A DNA stretch of 62,375 nucleotides, filler included, from Babesia bigemina (taxonomy: Eukaryota): the NCBI RefSeq assembly GCF_000981445.1. It is 13 parts of 13 records of this genome, joined end to end, with 100 filler letters (N's around TTAATTAATTAA, not from the genome) between each part and the next. Parts side by side here need not be neighbours in the genome. Positions count along the whole stretch, not along the records: positions 54,259 to 62,375 come from NW_012236919.1; 12 more parts are not named here. One strand, written 5' to 3'. The notes below the pieces were generated by a model. The model did not search any database. It saw only the letters and a list, made by a program, of their open reading frames with translations, and was not told where the DNA came from. This document shows positions 60,730-62,375 of the stretch, piece by piece. Made by a program: the position numbers and the translations under genes. How positions within the stretch are numbered: the first letter of the stretch is position 1; each line of letters begins with the position of its first letter.

Positions 60730-60845
60730 AAAGTGTTGACCAATGTGCTGCCCAATGCCATGACCAAGATGCTGACCAATGTGCTGACCAAAGTGGTGAC
60801 CAATGCCACGACCAAAGTGCTGACCAACGTGCTGACCAAAGTGGT
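60730..60845 (+). repeat. 12-bp repeat (GTGCTGACCAAW)
   Basis: About 9 degenerate copies 3' of ves1; resembles half (CAAAGTGCT) of the 24-bp unit found 3' of the other ves1. Confidence 0.85.
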
Positions 60846-61025
60846 GGTCACGGCAGCGATGTCATGGTTACGGCAGCGATGACATGGACACGGCAGCGAT
60901 GACATGGTCACGGCAGCGATGACAGGGGACTCAGCAGCGATGACATGGTGACGGCAGCGGTGACATGGTCACGGCAGCGATGACATGGTGACCAAGTTGA
61001 TGACATGGTCACGGCAGCGATGACA
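60845..61025 (+). repeat. 20-bp repeat (CACGGCAGCGATGACATGGT)
   Basis: About 8 copies leading into the 22-bp array. Confidence 0.9.
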
Positions 61026-61049
61026 GTGGTGACCTAAGTGGTATTTATC

Positions 61050-62375
61050 ATCCACTCTACATCGCCCCTTAACCCACTCTACAACGCCCCTTAACCCACT
61101 CTACATCGCTCCCTAACCCACTCTACATCGCCCCTTTGTCCACTCTCCATCGCCCCTTTACCCACTCTACATCGCTCCTTAACCCACTCTACATCGCTCC
61201 TTAACCCACTCTACATCGCCCCTTTACCCACTCTACATCGCCCCTTAACCCACCTTACATCGCTCCTTATCCACTCTACATCGCTCCTTTATCCACTCTA
61301 CATCGCTCCCTAATCTACTCTACATCGCTCCCTAACCCACTCTACATCGCCCCTTAACCCACTCCACATCGCCCCTTACTCCACCTTACATCGCCCCTTT
61401 ATCCACTCTACATCGCCCCTTTATCCACTCTACATCGCTCCCTTATCCACTCTACATCGCCCCTTTACCTACTCTACATCGCCCCTTAACACACTCTACA
61501 TCGCCCCTTTACCCACTATACATCGCCCCTTGGTCCACTCCACATCGCCCCTTATCCACCCTTCATCGCCCCTTTATCCACTCTACATCGCTCCTTTATT
61601 TACTCTACATCGCCCCTTAACCCACTCAGCATCGCCCCTTTATCCACTCTACATCGCCCTTTAATCACTCTACATCGCCCCGTAACCCACTCTACATCGC
61701 CCCTTAACCCACTCTACATCGCCCCTTAATCCATCCTACATCGCCCCTTATCCACTCTACATCGCCCCTTTATCCACTCTACATCGCTCCTTAACCCACT
61801 CTACATCGCCCCTTTATCCACTCTACATCGCTCCCTAACCTACTCTACATCGCCCTTTAACCCACTCCACATCGCCCCTTAACCACCTTACATCGCCCCT
61901 TTCTCCACTCCACATCGCTCCCTAATCCACTCTACATCGCCCCTTAACCCACTCCTCATCGCTCCCTAACCCACTCTACATCGCTCCCTAACCCACTCTA
62001 CATCGCCCCTTTACCCACTCTACATCGCTTCCTAATCCACTCTACATCGCCCCTTAACTTCCTCTAATCGCTCCCTAACCCACTCTACATCGCCCTTTTA
62101 TCCACTCCACATCGCCCCTTAACCCACTCTACATCGCTCCCTTATCCACTCTACATCGCTCCTTTATCCACTCTTCATCGCCCCTTTATCCACTCCACAT
62201 CGCTCCCTTATCCACTCTACATCGCTCCCTAATTCACTCTACATCGCTCCCTTATCCACTCTACATCGCTCCTTTATCCACTCTTCATCGCCCCTTTACC
62301 CACTCCACATCGCTCCCTAACCCACTCCACATCGCCCCTTTACCCACTCTACATCGCTCCCTAATCCACTCTACA
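61050..62375 (+). repeat. 22-bp ves-associated minisatellite, running off the window
   Basis: Same unit and orientation as the arrays preceding ves1 ORFs. Confidence 0.97.

Overview
This window is not one locus. It is 13 unplaced contigs joined by artificial 100-nt N44-TTAATTAATTAA-N44 linkers, from a piroplasm genome. The ves1-like variant-antigen genes, ~35-nt introns and T(3-7)AGGG telomere point to Babesia, most consistent with the B. bigemina/B. ovata group (inference). The left third holds housekeeping genes, several intron-rich: a giant acidic disordered protein, a HECT E3 ligase fragment, a RanBD nucleoporin-like gene, phosducin-like/TXNDC9, the PP5 TPR region, a Tas-like aldo-keto reductase and exosome RRP45. 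It also holds one telomere contig. Two pieces are fosmid/F-plasmid vector (lac/SP6/MCS end; sopB-sopA-incC-repE). The right two-thirds is variant-antigen DNA: six ves1-like genes or fragments embedded in an ordered set of minisatellites. The most unusual signals are: (i) tandem repeats whose unit is a canonical 34-38-nt GT..AG intron plus a 3-41-nt micro-exon, lying upstream of a two-member small Cys-rich membrane-protein family and between ves genes; (ii) four ves1 ORFs with no in-frame ATG at their 5' end, each fused through a shared leader to a G4-prone 22-bp minisatellite, with shared repeat 'barcodes', mosaic N-termini and, in the two copies with an intact 3' end, a conserved 3' 30-mer. 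Together these resemble a silent gene-conversion cassette archive. Many frameshifts near contig ends are probably low-coverage read errors.
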